Below are positions 28,570 through 38,164 of a stretch of DNA of 64,000 bases, in pieces. The position numbers and the translations under genes were made by a program. The stretch spans positions 32,001 to 96,000 of IMG/VR virus record IMGVR_UViG_3300021087_000857. One strand, 5' to 3'. A model generated the notes under the pieces. That model was not told the origin of the DNA. It saw only the letters and a list, made by a program, of their open reading frames with translations, and did no database searches. Within the stretch, counting starts at the first letter, position 1; each line of letters begins with the position of its first letter. Origin of the DNA: a virus.

Positions 28570-28598
28570 GTTGTATAAAACTCCATTTGTGTGTATAG

Positions 28599-28618
28599 AT
28601 AAATACATATATATTTAT
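28599..28618. promoter_or_regulatory. Palindromic pair of late-type ATAAATA motifs between divergent genes
   Basis: ATAAATA (28599-28605), CATATA, TATTTAT (28612-28618). Confidence 0.45.
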
Positions 28619-28674
28619 GCAAGTAAAAATCCAAGTTCAACGCATATTGAACAAACATCATATGAGAATAAAAA

Positions 28675-29760
28675 ATGACAAAATCAGTTAATGTATGGAG
28701 CGAATTTCAGCCCCTAAAAAGAGTAGTGCTAGGAGCACCGTTTCCACCTGAAACATTTGATTGGCACGAGGACGAAGAAACACGCAATGTAATGCGTCAA
28801 ATCTTTAAAGAAACAGCCGAGGACATAGCAGTGCTGGAGGGAATATTAAAGGACAGAGGTATTGAAGTAGTACGTCCTAAAAATATATTTACAATCACAG
28901 GTGAAGAACAAATTAAATTACCATGGATGCATTGTGGGTTTCCTAACCACCCATTAATGCCACGTGATACACTTATGCCGTATGGCAATAGTATATTTGA
29001 ATGTTTTACAGGTAGCGATAATCGTTACTTTGAGAATCTCGCATATTACGATCATTGTAGTAAATGGTTTAGTGAAGGTGCAGATTGGGTTAGTATGCCA
29101 GGAGTATTAGTAGAAAGTGGTAAAAAATATGACCACTTTGTAGATAATCATCGACTGCTTTATCATGCGGCTAACATGATAAAGTGTGGACGCCACGTTT
29201 TGTTTAGCCAACCCTATGAGGGAGACAATAAACGAGGCAGAGGTACGGAGCTGGGCCGTGAATGGATTCGTAGAGAAATAAAACTACGTTATCCAGATAC
29301 AAAGTTTTTGGACATTCCAGTAGGAGGACATATCGATGGTAAAATAGCATTGCTAAAACCTGGTGTGCTAATGACCTGGAATGCAAATTGGGTTCCTAAA
29401 GAAATGGAAGGTTGGCACATTATTGAAGTAGATGATGATTTTGACATGCCAGAAGATTTCCAACAAACTCGTAAGAAAAGATTCCACAAAGAATATGTAA
29501 GCAAGTGGTTAGAGCATTGGGTAGGTTGTCCAGACGAAAGTGTGTTTGATGTTAACGTACTATCACTAGATGAAAAGACGGTAATTTGTACAGGTAAAAA
29601 TGAACAAGCATTTGCTGAAATGGAAGCACATGGCATTGAACCAATATACTGGAACTTTAGACATCAGTATTTTTGGGATGGTGGCATACATTGTTTAACA
29701 AGTGATATTGTTAGAGAAGGTGGGCAGGAAGATTATATAACTAACAAAAGGTACTATTAA
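28675..29760 (+). CDS. Amidinotransferase (glycine/inosamine-phosphate amidinotransferase family)
   Basis: VWSEFQPLKRVVLG, MPRD, GHIDGK, FDVNVLS and GGIHC. Confidence 0.9.
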   Translation: MTKSVNVWSEFQPLKRVVLGAPFPPETFDWHEDEETRNVMRQIFKETAEDIAVLEGILKDRGIEVVRPKNIFTITGEEQIKLPWMHCGFPNHPLMPRDTLMPYGNSIFECFTGSDNRYFENLAYYDHCSKWFSEGADWVSMPGVLVESGKKYDHFVDNHRLLYHAANMIKCGRHVLFSQPYEGDNKRGRGTELGREWIRREIKLRYPDTKFLDIPVGGHIDGKIALLKPGVLMTWNANWVPKEMEGWHIIEVDDDFDMPEDFQQTRKKRFHKEYVSKWLEHWVGCPDESVFDVNVLSLDEKTVICTGKNEQAFAEMEAHGIEPIYWNFRHQYFWDGGIHCLTSDIVREGGQEDYITNKRYY

Positions 29761-30809
29761 TGAGTTGGTACAAGAACCTACATAAATTACAACTTGACCC
29801 AACAAGTCATTGTAATGCAAGATGCGGTGCTTGTGCTAGAAATATATACGGTGGTGAAACTAGACACGACTTGGAATTAAAACATTTTGACTTAGAGTTA
29901 TGGAAAAGAATAGCAATCGAAGACACTAAAGAGTGCTACATAAATCATTTAAGTCTAAATGGAAATTGGGGCGATGCTTTAATGCACCCAGATATAATAG
30001 AAATAATTGAAATTTGGAATACATATCATCCAGAAAGTGAAATGGCAATAGCAACAAATGGAAGCCTACGTAGTACAGAGTTTTGGAAAAAGTTAGCCAA
30101 CGTACTAAGAAACACTCCTCGACATAGTCTTGAATTTTCAATGGATGGAATGGAAGATACACATCACATTTATAGAAGAAAAACATCACATTCAAAGTTA
30201 GTAGATAATATTAAAACTTTTGTAGATGCAGGTGGAACTGCAAACATATATATGACTTTATTCGAACACAACAAACACCAAATTAAAGAAGTAGCAAACT
30301 TATCTAAAGAATTAGGTGCTGATGGATTTTATATAAGGCATAGTCATCGTAGTAAGATGAAAATTATAGACGGTGAAGAACGATACGATATAGAAGGTTA
30401 TTTTCCAAAAATAATAAAAGGCTCTTTTACTTTTCCAAAAAATAAAAAAATAAATAGTGATGCAAGAGATAGTAAAATACACATACAAAATAATGAAAAA
30501 ATTAAACCAAATACAACAAGTAAATGTCCTTGGAAACAACAACACAAAGTACAAATTGATCCATGGGGAATAATATGGCCTTGTTGTTATGTAAGTAAGT
30601 ATGGTGGTGGTGGGTCAATGACAGGTTTTAATATGGACGAAATTTTTTCACCAGGCAATGATAATATTATTAATAATGTATTTGAACAAAATGATGTAAA
30701 CAAGTATACCTTAAAAGAAATATTAGAAAATAAATGGTTTAATACAACAGTAGATAATGCAATAGCAAAGTCTGAATGGAATATTTGCAATGAAACTTGC
30801 GGAATATAA
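29760..30809 (+). CDS. Radical SAM/SPASM protein
   Basis: CNARCGAC; C-terminal KCPW..WPCC..ICNETCG. Confidence 0.92.
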   Translation: MSWYKNLHKLQLDPTSHCNARCGACARNIYGGETRHDLELKHFDLELWKRIAIEDTKECYINHLSLNGNWGDALMHPDIIEIIEIWNTYHPESEMAIATNGSLRSTEFWKKLANVLRNTPRHSLEFSMDGMEDTHHIYRRKTSHSKLVDNIKTFVDAGGTANIYMTLFEHNKHQIKEVANLSKELGADGFYIRHSHRSKMKIIDGEERYDIEGYFPKIIKGSFTFPKNKKINSDARDSKIHIQNNEKIKPNTTSKCPWKQQHKVQIDPWGIIWPCCYVSKYGGGGSMTGFNMDEIFSPGNDNIINNVFEQNDVNKYTLKEILENKWFNTTVDNAIAKSEWNICNETCGI

Positions 30810-30818
30810 GGAATAACA

Positions 30819-31919
30819 ATGAATTGGTATAGACAGATACATAAATTACAAATAGATATAACAAGTCATTGTAATGCTAGATGTGGTGCTTGTATAAGAA
30901 ATATAAATGGAGGTGCAACTCATCCAGGTTTAAAACTAACCCATTTTGATGTAGATGTTTGGAAACGTATGGCTACCGAAGACACTAGAGGTTGGTGGGT
31001 TAGGCAGCTAACACTAAATGGAAATTGGGGCGATCCAATGATGCATCCTCATTTAGTAGAAATGTTAGAAATATGGATTACTGCTCACCCGGAAACTTTT
31101 ATATCTATTGCAACAAATGGAAGTATGCGTAGCACTAAGTTTTGGTCAGACCTTGCTACAATATTACGTAAAGGATCTCATCACAAAGTTGATTTTGCAG
31201 TAGATGGAATGGAAGACACGCATCATATATACAGACGAAAAACTGTGTTTTCTAAACTAAAAGAAAACATAAAAGCATTTACAGATGCAAAAGGACAAGC
31301 AATTGCAGTAATGACAATGTTTGAACATAACAAACATCAAATAGAAGAAGTAAAAGAATTGGCAAGAGAAGTAGGTTGCAAACACTTTATTGCAAGAAGA
31401 AGTCATAGTGATCATATGCTTATCGAAGACGGTGACGAACAATACGAAATAAAAGGTTGGTATCCAACTGGAAATGGCGAGCATGTAATTGATAACGATA
31501 CTCCGGAACTTGAACAAGACTTTCCCGAAAACGAACATCCACTAAGTGTAAATAGAGACAGAATATGGATGAGAGCTAATGAACGTTTTGAAGAATTAAA
31601 TGATAATCATATACCAAGTAAATGTCCTTGGAAAGATGAAGGGGAAGTACAAATAGACCCATGGGGTGTTGTATGGCCTTGTTGTCATGTAAGTTTATAT
31701 GGCGGTGCTGGAGCATCAGAAAATATGTCTATAAAATTAAACTTTAATGAAGAAGCTGAACAAACTAATTTTATCGAAGAAGGAAAAGAATCAAACAGTT
31801 TGCATAATAGATCGTTAAAAGATATATTAAATAATCAATGGTATAATGATACACTTAATCATGCTATAAAAAATGCAGATTATGATGTGTGCAGACGTAG
31901 TTGTGGGATATGTAAATAA
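30819..31919 (+). CDS. Radical SAM/SPASM protein, tandem paralog of 29760
   Basis: CNARCGAC, DGMEDTHHIYRRK and KCPW..WPCC..VCRRSCG. Confidence 0.92.
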   Translation: MNWYRQIHKLQIDITSHCNARCGACIRNINGGATHPGLKLTHFDVDVWKRMATEDTRGWWVRQLTLNGNWGDPMMHPHLVEMLEIWITAHPETFISIATNGSMRSTKFWSDLATILRKGSHHKVDFAVDGMEDTHHIYRRKTVFSKLKENIKAFTDAKGQAIAVMTMFEHNKHQIEEVKELAREVGCKHFIARRSHSDHMLIEDGDEQYEIKGWYPTGNGEHVIDNDTPELEQDFPENEHPLSVNRDRIWMRANERFEELNDNHIPSKCPWKDEGEVQIDPWGVVWPCCHVSLYGGAGASENMSIKLNFNEEAEQTNFIEEGKESNSLHNRSLKDILNNQWYNDTLNHAIKNADYDVCRRSCGICK

Positions 31920-33169
31920 TGTACGTTAATCCAATGTTAAATGATACACGCTATCCAACGTGCTTGGCACCTTGGAATGCACTCACTATTAAATGGGGCG
32001 GTAATGTATTGCCTGACATTATATATAATGGCAAGTTTGGTAATATTACTAAACAAACATTACCAGAGTTATTGAACAGTGAAGAAGCAATAGCATTAAG
32101 AAAATCACATGCAAGTAGAATAGTACCAGAGGCTTGTTTGGCTTGTACTAAAAAAGAGCAAAGTGGTAAAAGTCGTAGAATGTATTTTTGGGATAAACTA
32201 GACGAAGATGTAAAGCGTGGTAGTATTAAAAACAGTGTAGACAGTAAACCTGATATACGCTACTTAGACTTTACTATCAGTAACAAATGTAACCTAGCGT
32301 GTATACATTGTAATCCATTTGTTAGCACAGGTTGGACTAAAGATGGAAAGAAACTAAACAAAGAGAAGCCTGATTACTGGAAGCAAGCACAAATCGGCTA
32401 TCATGGAGTTGAAGACATGTCATTCCTTGATAACTTGTTTGCTGATCCAGAATACTTTCGTAATTTACAATGGGTAGCATTAAGAGGTGGAGAACCTTTA
32501 TATGATGAAAGTTGTAAAGCAATATTACAATGGTTTATTGATCAAGGATTAGCAAAAAACATTATGCTAGATATTAGTACAAATGCAACTGTATTTGATA
32601 ACGACTTCCAAGAAATATTTAAACATTTTAAACATATTGAATTGCTTATTAGTATTGAAGCAGTAGATGAATTATACAGTGTAGTACGTGGCGGATCGTA
32701 TACATTTGAACAGTTAGAAGAAAACATAGAAAAGTTTTACACATACAATAATATTGAAGTTGTGTTTGCAGTAACAGTTATGCTAACAAATGTATTTGGA
32801 TTAGATAAAGTATGGAACTGGTTTAAAGAAAAACACATGCATAGAGCAAGTATAAGCATGAGCAACGTAGTAGTAAATCCTACATACCTCAATATTGCAT
32901 ACATGCCGGAGGTGTTAAAGTATATTATGTATGATAAATTACTACAGATACCAGATCAAAGCATTTGGCCTAAAGGAAGTTATCATGCAGATGAGATACA
33001 TTATCAAACAGGTATCCATGCTATTAGAGATGGATTACAAGTCGAAGTAGATGAAGTAGAACAAGAAAAGCAATGGAAGTGGTTTGTTAAGTATACGAAA
33101 GACTTAGACAGATTACGTGGCACAGATACATTTGCACTAATAAAGGAATTAAAATTATACAATGAGTAA
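31919..33169 (+). CDS. Radical SAM protein with degenerate N-terminal twitch domain
   Basis: CLAPW...(PD instead of CC)...CLAC; CNLACIHC; GGEP. Confidence 0.9.
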   Translation: MYVNPMLNDTRYPTCLAPWNALTIKWGGNVLPDIIYNGKFGNITKQTLPELLNSEEAIALRKSHASRIVPEACLACTKKEQSGKSRRMYFWDKLDEDVKRGSIKNSVDSKPDIRYLDFTISNKCNLACIHCNPFVSTGWTKDGKKLNKEKPDYWKQAQIGYHGVEDMSFLDNLFADPEYFRNLQWVALRGGEPLYDESCKAILQWFIDQGLAKNIMLDISTNATVFDNDFQEIFKHFKHIELLISIEAVDELYSVVRGGSYTFEQLEENIEKFYTYNNIEVVFAVTVMLTNVFGLDKVWNWFKEKHMHRASISMSNVVVNPTYLNIAYMPEVLKYIMYDKLLQIPDQSIWPKGSYHADEIHYQTGIHAIRDGLQVEVDEVEQEKQWKWFVKYTKDLDRLRGTDTFALIKELKLYNE

Positions 33170-34067
33170 CCCAGATTTTGGAAAGACAGGAAACAGTGTA
33201 TGGAACCAACCATACATGGATCACCTCAATGAAACATTCTTTCCTAACATAGATATATCAACACTGGCAGACGAATCTAACATAATGTTAGACAGATATC
33301 AAGGCTGGATTGAAAGCAGTAAACTAAACAACTTTACTGGACTAGATGCATTTCCTTATAGGTTTGCAAGTGTAGGTACTACACAAACGCTAGACTGGTG
33401 GCACTACTATTGTTCAGTGAACAACCTTAACCTCAAAACATTTAGAGGTGAGTATCCATATAACAGAGACGCATTGTTACACACAAATTTAGAATGGGGC
33501 GACAGTATTGATGACAAAGGATTAACACAAGGCGATGCAGTATTAGTAAGTGTACCATTCAGTGGTACTGGTAGAGTTCCAGAGCGTTTTGATGATATGA
33601 TTAAAATATGTAATCAACTAAACATTCCAGTGTTGGTTGATTGTGCATGGTTTGGTACTTGCTTTGACATAGATATAAACTTAGACGAGCCTTGTATTAA
33701 AATGGTAGCATTTAGTACTACCAAAGGATTAAGTTGTGGTAATTGGCGTGCGGGTATTACATTCTCACGCATCAACGAAGGTAGCCTAGAAGTGCAAACA
33801 GATTGGAATCATGGAAACCATCTCAACACTGCAATTGCTAATAGGCTTATGGAAAAGTTTTCACCAGATACTATTCCTAAAAAGTATATGGACTCACATG
33901 TAGCAATATGCGATCATTATGGATTTGAAATGACAAACACCATACACATTGCACTAGCACCTAGACATACAGAATATGATGAGTTTCACAGAGATGGAAT
34001 ATACAACAGAATTAATATTTCAAAAGCATTAAAGCGTTATAAAAACAAAGGAACCTTTTATGAATAG
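33162..34067 (+). CDS. PLP-dependent aminotransferase-like (fold type I) enzyme
   Basis: SVPFS, VLVDCAWFG and FSTTKGL (Schiff-base Lys), WRAG. Confidence 0.75.
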   Translation: MSNPDFGKTGNSVWNQPYMDHLNETFFPNIDISTLADESNIMLDRYQGWIESSKLNNFTGLDAFPYRFASVGTTQTLDWWHYYCSVNNLNLKTFRGEYPYNRDALLHTNLEWGDSIDDKGLTQGDAVLVSVPFSGTGRVPERFDDMIKICNQLNIPVLVDCAWFGTCFDIDINLDEPCIKMVAFSTTKGLSCGNWRAGITFSRINEGSLEVQTDWNHGNHLNTAIANRLMEKFSPDTIPKKYMDSHVAICDHYGFEMTNTIHIALAPRHTEYDEFHRDGIYNRINISKALKRYKNKGTFYE

Positions 34068-35202
34068 GCTACCTGCTAACGCATGTGCTTATCCATTTAA
34101 AGCAGAAATGCTTATGCATGGACAACCTGCAACTCCGTGTTGTAGATTCCATACAAGATTTTTGCCAGACGATAAAAGTTTTACTGAAATACGTGAAACT
34201 ATGATGCGTAATGAATGGCACCCAGGTTGTTATAAATGTAAGTCAGATGAAGAAGTAAAAGGTAGCAGTATGAGAACTGATGCAGATGAATTCTTTGATG
34301 ACTTTACAGATACAGTACGTTTAGAGTATTTAGAAATAACTGTAGGTAGACTTTGCAACTTAGCATGTTTAAGTTGTGGAGCAGAGTTTAGTCATACATG
34401 GGACAAGGATGAACTTGCATTGGGTATAAGTGACGAGGCCAAAATTGAGAAGTTAAAAGAAGTACAAGAATATGATTTAGATAATTTAGATTTAGACAAA
34501 CTAAAGCATGTTAAGTTTATTAAAGTAACAGGTGGCGAGCCGTTCTTACATAGACAGTTTTTAAACCTAGTTGTTAGACTAGCAGACAGTGGAATAGCAG
34601 AACAGATTGACTTAGAGATATTTACGAACTGTACATGGTTTCCAAAGAAACTTGAGCTTGATGCATTGTTAAAATTTAAGCGTATACAACTAAGTCCTAG
34701 TATTGATGGTGTAGGCACTACAAACGACCTTCTACGTTACCCTAGTAAGTGGGAAAATATAGAAGCTACACTTGACAAGTGGATAGAAGTAAAAGACGCT
34801 ACAGGACGCTTAAAAATAGCTACAGCCACCACTGTAAGCGTTATTAACGCTCCACAGCTACATGAGTTTATACATTGGGCAAGAGTGCATAAAGGCATAG
34901 GAGTAATGCTACAAACAGTATATGAACCTCATTATTTAAGTGTAGAGCATTGGGGCAACGCATATAGGAAATTATTAAAATTAACAGTAGACCAACAATA
35001 CATGGGTTTTAATAAAAATGAAAGTAAATTTAGTGCTAGTTATAAATTATTAAATAACTTATGTTCAGTAGTAACTAACGCACAACAAGATAAGACAAAA
35101 GATTATATTGTGGAATTAAAAAGAATATTAGCACACAGAGGCCAAGACATAAGCATGGCTCCTAAGTTTGCAAATATATTAAGGCACATGAATTATGATT
35201 GA
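34060..35202 (+). CDS. N-terminal twitch-domain radical SAM protein
   Basis: CAYPF..PCC..CYKC; CNLACLSC; TGGEP. Confidence 0.92.
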   Translation: MNRLPANACAYPFKAEMLMHGQPATPCCRFHTRFLPDDKSFTEIRETMMRNEWHPGCYKCKSDEEVKGSSMRTDADEFFDDFTDTVRLEYLEITVGRLCNLACLSCGAEFSHTWDKDELALGISDEAKIEKLKEVQEYDLDNLDLDKLKHVKFIKVTGGEPFLHRQFLNLVVRLADSGIAEQIDLEIFTNCTWFPKKLELDALLKFKRIQLSPSIDGVGTTNDLLRYPSKWENIEATLDKWIEVKDATGRLKIATATTVSVINAPQLHEFIHWARVHKGIGVMLQTVYEPHYLSVEHWGNAYRKLLKLTVDQQYMGFNKNESKFSASYKLLNNLCSVVTNAQQDKTKDYIVELKRILAHRGQDISMAPKFANILRHMNYD

Positions 35203-36433
35203 TAAAGAAAAATTAAAACAAAGTAGCACATTTTGTATGTTACCGTTCATGCACATTTACGGAACAGCAGGAGGTGACATAGTGCCGTGCTGTGAAGCAC
35301 AAGAAGTACCATTGAATGATCCAGGTGAGACAGCTCTTGAAAGCTGGAACAATGAAAACTATAAAGAGCTAAGACGAGCTTTGGCCAAGGACGAAAGACC
35401 AGAACGCTGTGCAGTGTGCTGGCATAACGAGGATAGTGGGATAGTAAGCAATCGTCAACAATGGGAACAAGACAACTGGAATGAATTTGCTGATATTATT
35501 GAAGTGAATGATGACTACAGTGTAAACAATCCACCTATATGGATTGAACTTAAAGTAAGTAATTTTTGTAACTTAAAGTGTATAATGTGTAGCACACATA
35601 GTTCTTATAAACGTGTAAAGGACTTAGACATTATAACAAAGTACCAAGATAGTGGACACGAAACAAGATTACTTAGACCAACTACTTTGTTTGACTCTTT
35701 AAATGAGTGGCCAGAATTATGGGAACATGTACACACCTTACAGTTTACAGGTGGTGAGCCTATTATTAATCAAGAACACTATGATTTGTTAGAGTCAATT
35801 CCACAACATTTAAAGCATAAAATAAAATTACGTTATGCTAGTAATTTAAGTCATATAAAATTTAAAAAGTATGATCTAGTTAAAATTTGGAATGAATTTA
35901 AAACTGTTAATATTAAAATAAGTATGGACGGTGTAGGAGATGTGTATAACTTTATCCGTCAAGATGGTGATTGGGATAATGTATATGCTAACATGATGGT
36001 ACTTGACAGTGAGCCAACAATAGACGTGGCAGCTGGTATTACAATTCAAGCTCATAATATATACCATATGCCTGAGTTCTATGCTTTTTGGAAAAACAGT
36101 GATGTTAAACTTAGGTTCATTACTGCTAATATTTTACAAACACCAAGATACTTAGCACCAAGTGTATGGCCAGAAGAATACAGAGAAGCCATTATTAATA
36201 AACTAAAGGGTGCTTTAGATGAACATCCTGAAATGCAAAAATTCATTACGTATATGGAAAACAATCAACCTAATATACGTGACTATGCAAAGATGAGAAA
36301 GTATAACAGAGATATAGAAGCACGATATCCAAAAGAAGTAACGTTAGCATCAATGCTTGACAAACACTTAAACATGCAACCAGAGAATATGGAAGCAGTG
36401 CATAATAGATTATTGAAAGCAGAAAATAAATGA
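35195..36433 (+). CDS. N-terminal twitch-domain radical SAM protein
   Basis: FCMLPF..PCC..CAVC; CNLKCIMC; TGGEP. Confidence 0.92.
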   Translation: MIDKEKLKQSSTFCMLPFMHIYGTAGGDIVPCCEAQEVPLNDPGETALESWNNENYKELRRALAKDERPERCAVCWHNEDSGIVSNRQQWEQDNWNEFADIIEVNDDYSVNNPPIWIELKVSNFCNLKCIMCSTHSSYKRVKDLDIITKYQDSGHETRLLRPTTLFDSLNEWPELWEHVHTLQFTGGEPIINQEHYDLLESIPQHLKHKIKLRYASNLSHIKFKKYDLVKIWNEFKTVNIKISMDGVGDVYNFIRQDGDWDNVYANMMVLDSEPTIDVAAGITIQAHNIYHMPEFYAFWKNSDVKLRFITANILQTPRYLAPSVWPEEYREAIINKLKGALDEHPEMQKFITYMENNQPNIRDYAKMRKYNRDIEARYPKEVTLASMLDKHLNMQPENMEAVHNRLLKAENK

Positions 36434-36606
36434 ATCGTAAATTAAAAATTAGTGGCGCTGAAGTGCCTGCATACGACATAGCAATTATATTAAAAGTAGC
36501 GACTAAATGTCCTGGAAAATGGAAACTAACAGACATGGAAACTGGAGAGGAATATATTGGACAATTACCCACTGAAGAAGATACACATCACTGGAAAAAA
36601 ATATAG
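36430..36606 (+). CDS. Small protein (58 aa, not in ORF track)
   Basis: MNRKLKISG...TKCPGKWKLTDMETGEEYIG...; coupled to both neighbours. Confidence 0.65.
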   Translation: MNRKLKISGAEVPAYDIAIILKVATKCPGKWKLTDMETGEEYIGQLPTEEDTHHWKKI

Positions 36607-36891
36607 ATGATTAAAGTTTTCTTTATAGCAAAAATGAAATCACCAATGCCAAGTGAGTATTTACAGATGAGTAAAAAGATGAGAGAACTAGCAGAAGCTC
36701 ATCCTGGCTTTATAGATATTACTAGTGAAGAACATGGTGACATTGAGATTACTATTAGTAGTTGGCGTAGTAAAGAAGATGTAATGGATTGGGCCAATAA
36801 CCCAGAACATATGAAAGCAAAACAAAGATCAAAGGAATGGTACGAATGGGTACGAGGAATACATGTAGAGGCAGTAGATGAAAAAAGGTGA
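36607..36891 (+). CDS. Antibiotic biosynthesis monooxygenase (ABM) domain protein
   Basis: HPGF...ITISSWRS...W..NPEH..A. Confidence 0.8.
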   Translation: MIKVFFIAKMKSPMPSEYLQMSKKMRELAEAHPGFIDITSEEHGDIEITISSWRSKEDVMDWANNPEHMKAKQRSKEWYEWVRGIHVEAVDEKR

Positions 36892-38164
36892 AAAAGATTG
36901 GGATTATCAATTCGTAAGTGATTGCGAAATTGTAAATGTTTTTATACCAAAGAACACACATCTTAGTGGCTATGAAGAATTAAAACAAAAACTACAAATG
37001 CTACAACAAGTAGAATGTGATAATCACTTGACATCAAGTATAGTTAACTTGTATAATACTAGTAGCATTAGTTGGATAGAACATGTTAGAAAAATGGGAC
37101 ACAAGTATGTTGCATTTTGGTTTGATGGATGTTGGCCTAAAACAGATGGAATTGAAAAGAAAATATTAACTTATATAAATCGCTTAGAAAAAAATGATTG
37201 GATTACAGCAGTACATCCAAAGTATGTGGATAGTTTAATGTTATTAAACATAGATGAATTCATAGCCTGGCCTGCCAAAGCACCAAACTTTGGAAGGTAT
37301 GACTTTTGGGCTGAAAATTGGCTAGGAGATTCAACAGTAGAATTAAGTAAAACTATAGAAAGAAACATTGTAGTGGGTGCTCCAAGAACAGATCCAGTTA
37401 ACTTTTTAAATGGATTAATGAACAAAAAGTATACTGATCATACGATAGCAAGAGGGGCCAGAGTTATTATTAAACGTAAGAATATACCCAGTAGTCCTAT
37501 CTATTTTGTTAATACAGAGCCCAGTAGTCCTACAGTAGCAGACCCTATAAAAAACAGTATATTTGAGCAATATGTGGGTGCTACAGCCGGGTTTAAACTG
37601 CTATATTACGCTTATACGTACGGTTTAGATATAGACAGTACAAAGTTCGTATGGTACGATTTCGACGCTTACAGCGTTAAATTTAAGCGTCTAATGGTGG
37701 AAAAATGGGACGGTTTTGACTATCCAGCGTTTGTTAAGCAGTTTTGTGAAGATAATCCAGATGCAAATACATTATTGCTAAAACAAGTAGACAAACAATG
37801 GTTAAATATAGTAGAACAGTTCGGTGGAATGGATAATTGGTTAGATTTTTGGGTACAAGTAAAGCTATGCAAACACGAGTTTTTGGAAGTAGATCTTGTA
37901 AATGATCATCAACAAATAACAGATTTATTAGATAATGAATCAAGTACTTTCTTTTGGGCAAGCAATATATACAGTTATGTATTGCTAAAAGTTATGAGTG
38001 AGCCTTTTAAACTAGAAACTAGTTTTGCTGACTTAATAATAAGATTGCAACAAATAAACAAGTGCTGGTTCTCTGGAACTGATCCAAATGATAACGATTT
38101 AACGTGTGATGTTAAATGGGTGCTTGGATACAGTACCAACGATAGTATAGGAATGGGAATATAA
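36878..38164 (+). CDS. Uncharacterised protein, paralog of 38164
   Basis: Shares NTE, G.K/GLH, VWYD, WDG.D, DL and SNI motifs with the next gene; C-terminal Rossmann-like pattern. Confidence 0.75.
   Translation: MKKGEKDWDYQFVSDCEIVNVFIPKNTHLSGYEELKQKLQMLQQVECDNHLTSSIVNLYNTSSISWIEHVRKMGHKYVAFWFDGCWPKTDGIEKKILTYINRLEKNDWITAVHPKYVDSLMLLNIDEFIAWPAKAPNFGRYDFWAENWLGDSTVELSKTIERNIVVGAPRTDPVNFLNGLMNKKYTDHTIARGARVIIKRKNIPSSPIYFVNTEPSSPTVADPIKNSIFEQYVGATAGFKLLYYAYTYGLDIDSTKFVWYDFDAYSVKFKRLMVEKWDGFDYPAFVKQFCEDNPDANTLLLKQVDKQWLNIVEQFGGMDNWLDFWVQVKLCKHEFLEVDLVNDHQQITDLLDNESSTFFWASNIYSYVLLKVMSEPFKLETSFADLIIRLQQINKCWFSGTDPNDNDLTCDVKWVLGYSTNDSIGMGI

Noticed and set aside
36430-36606. 58-aa ORF as a RiPP precursor for the SPASM enzymes
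   Set aside because: No leader/core organisation or repeated modifiable residues, and it looks globular. No RRE domain or transporter was recognised. A RiPP role for the cluster is unsupported, though not excluded.
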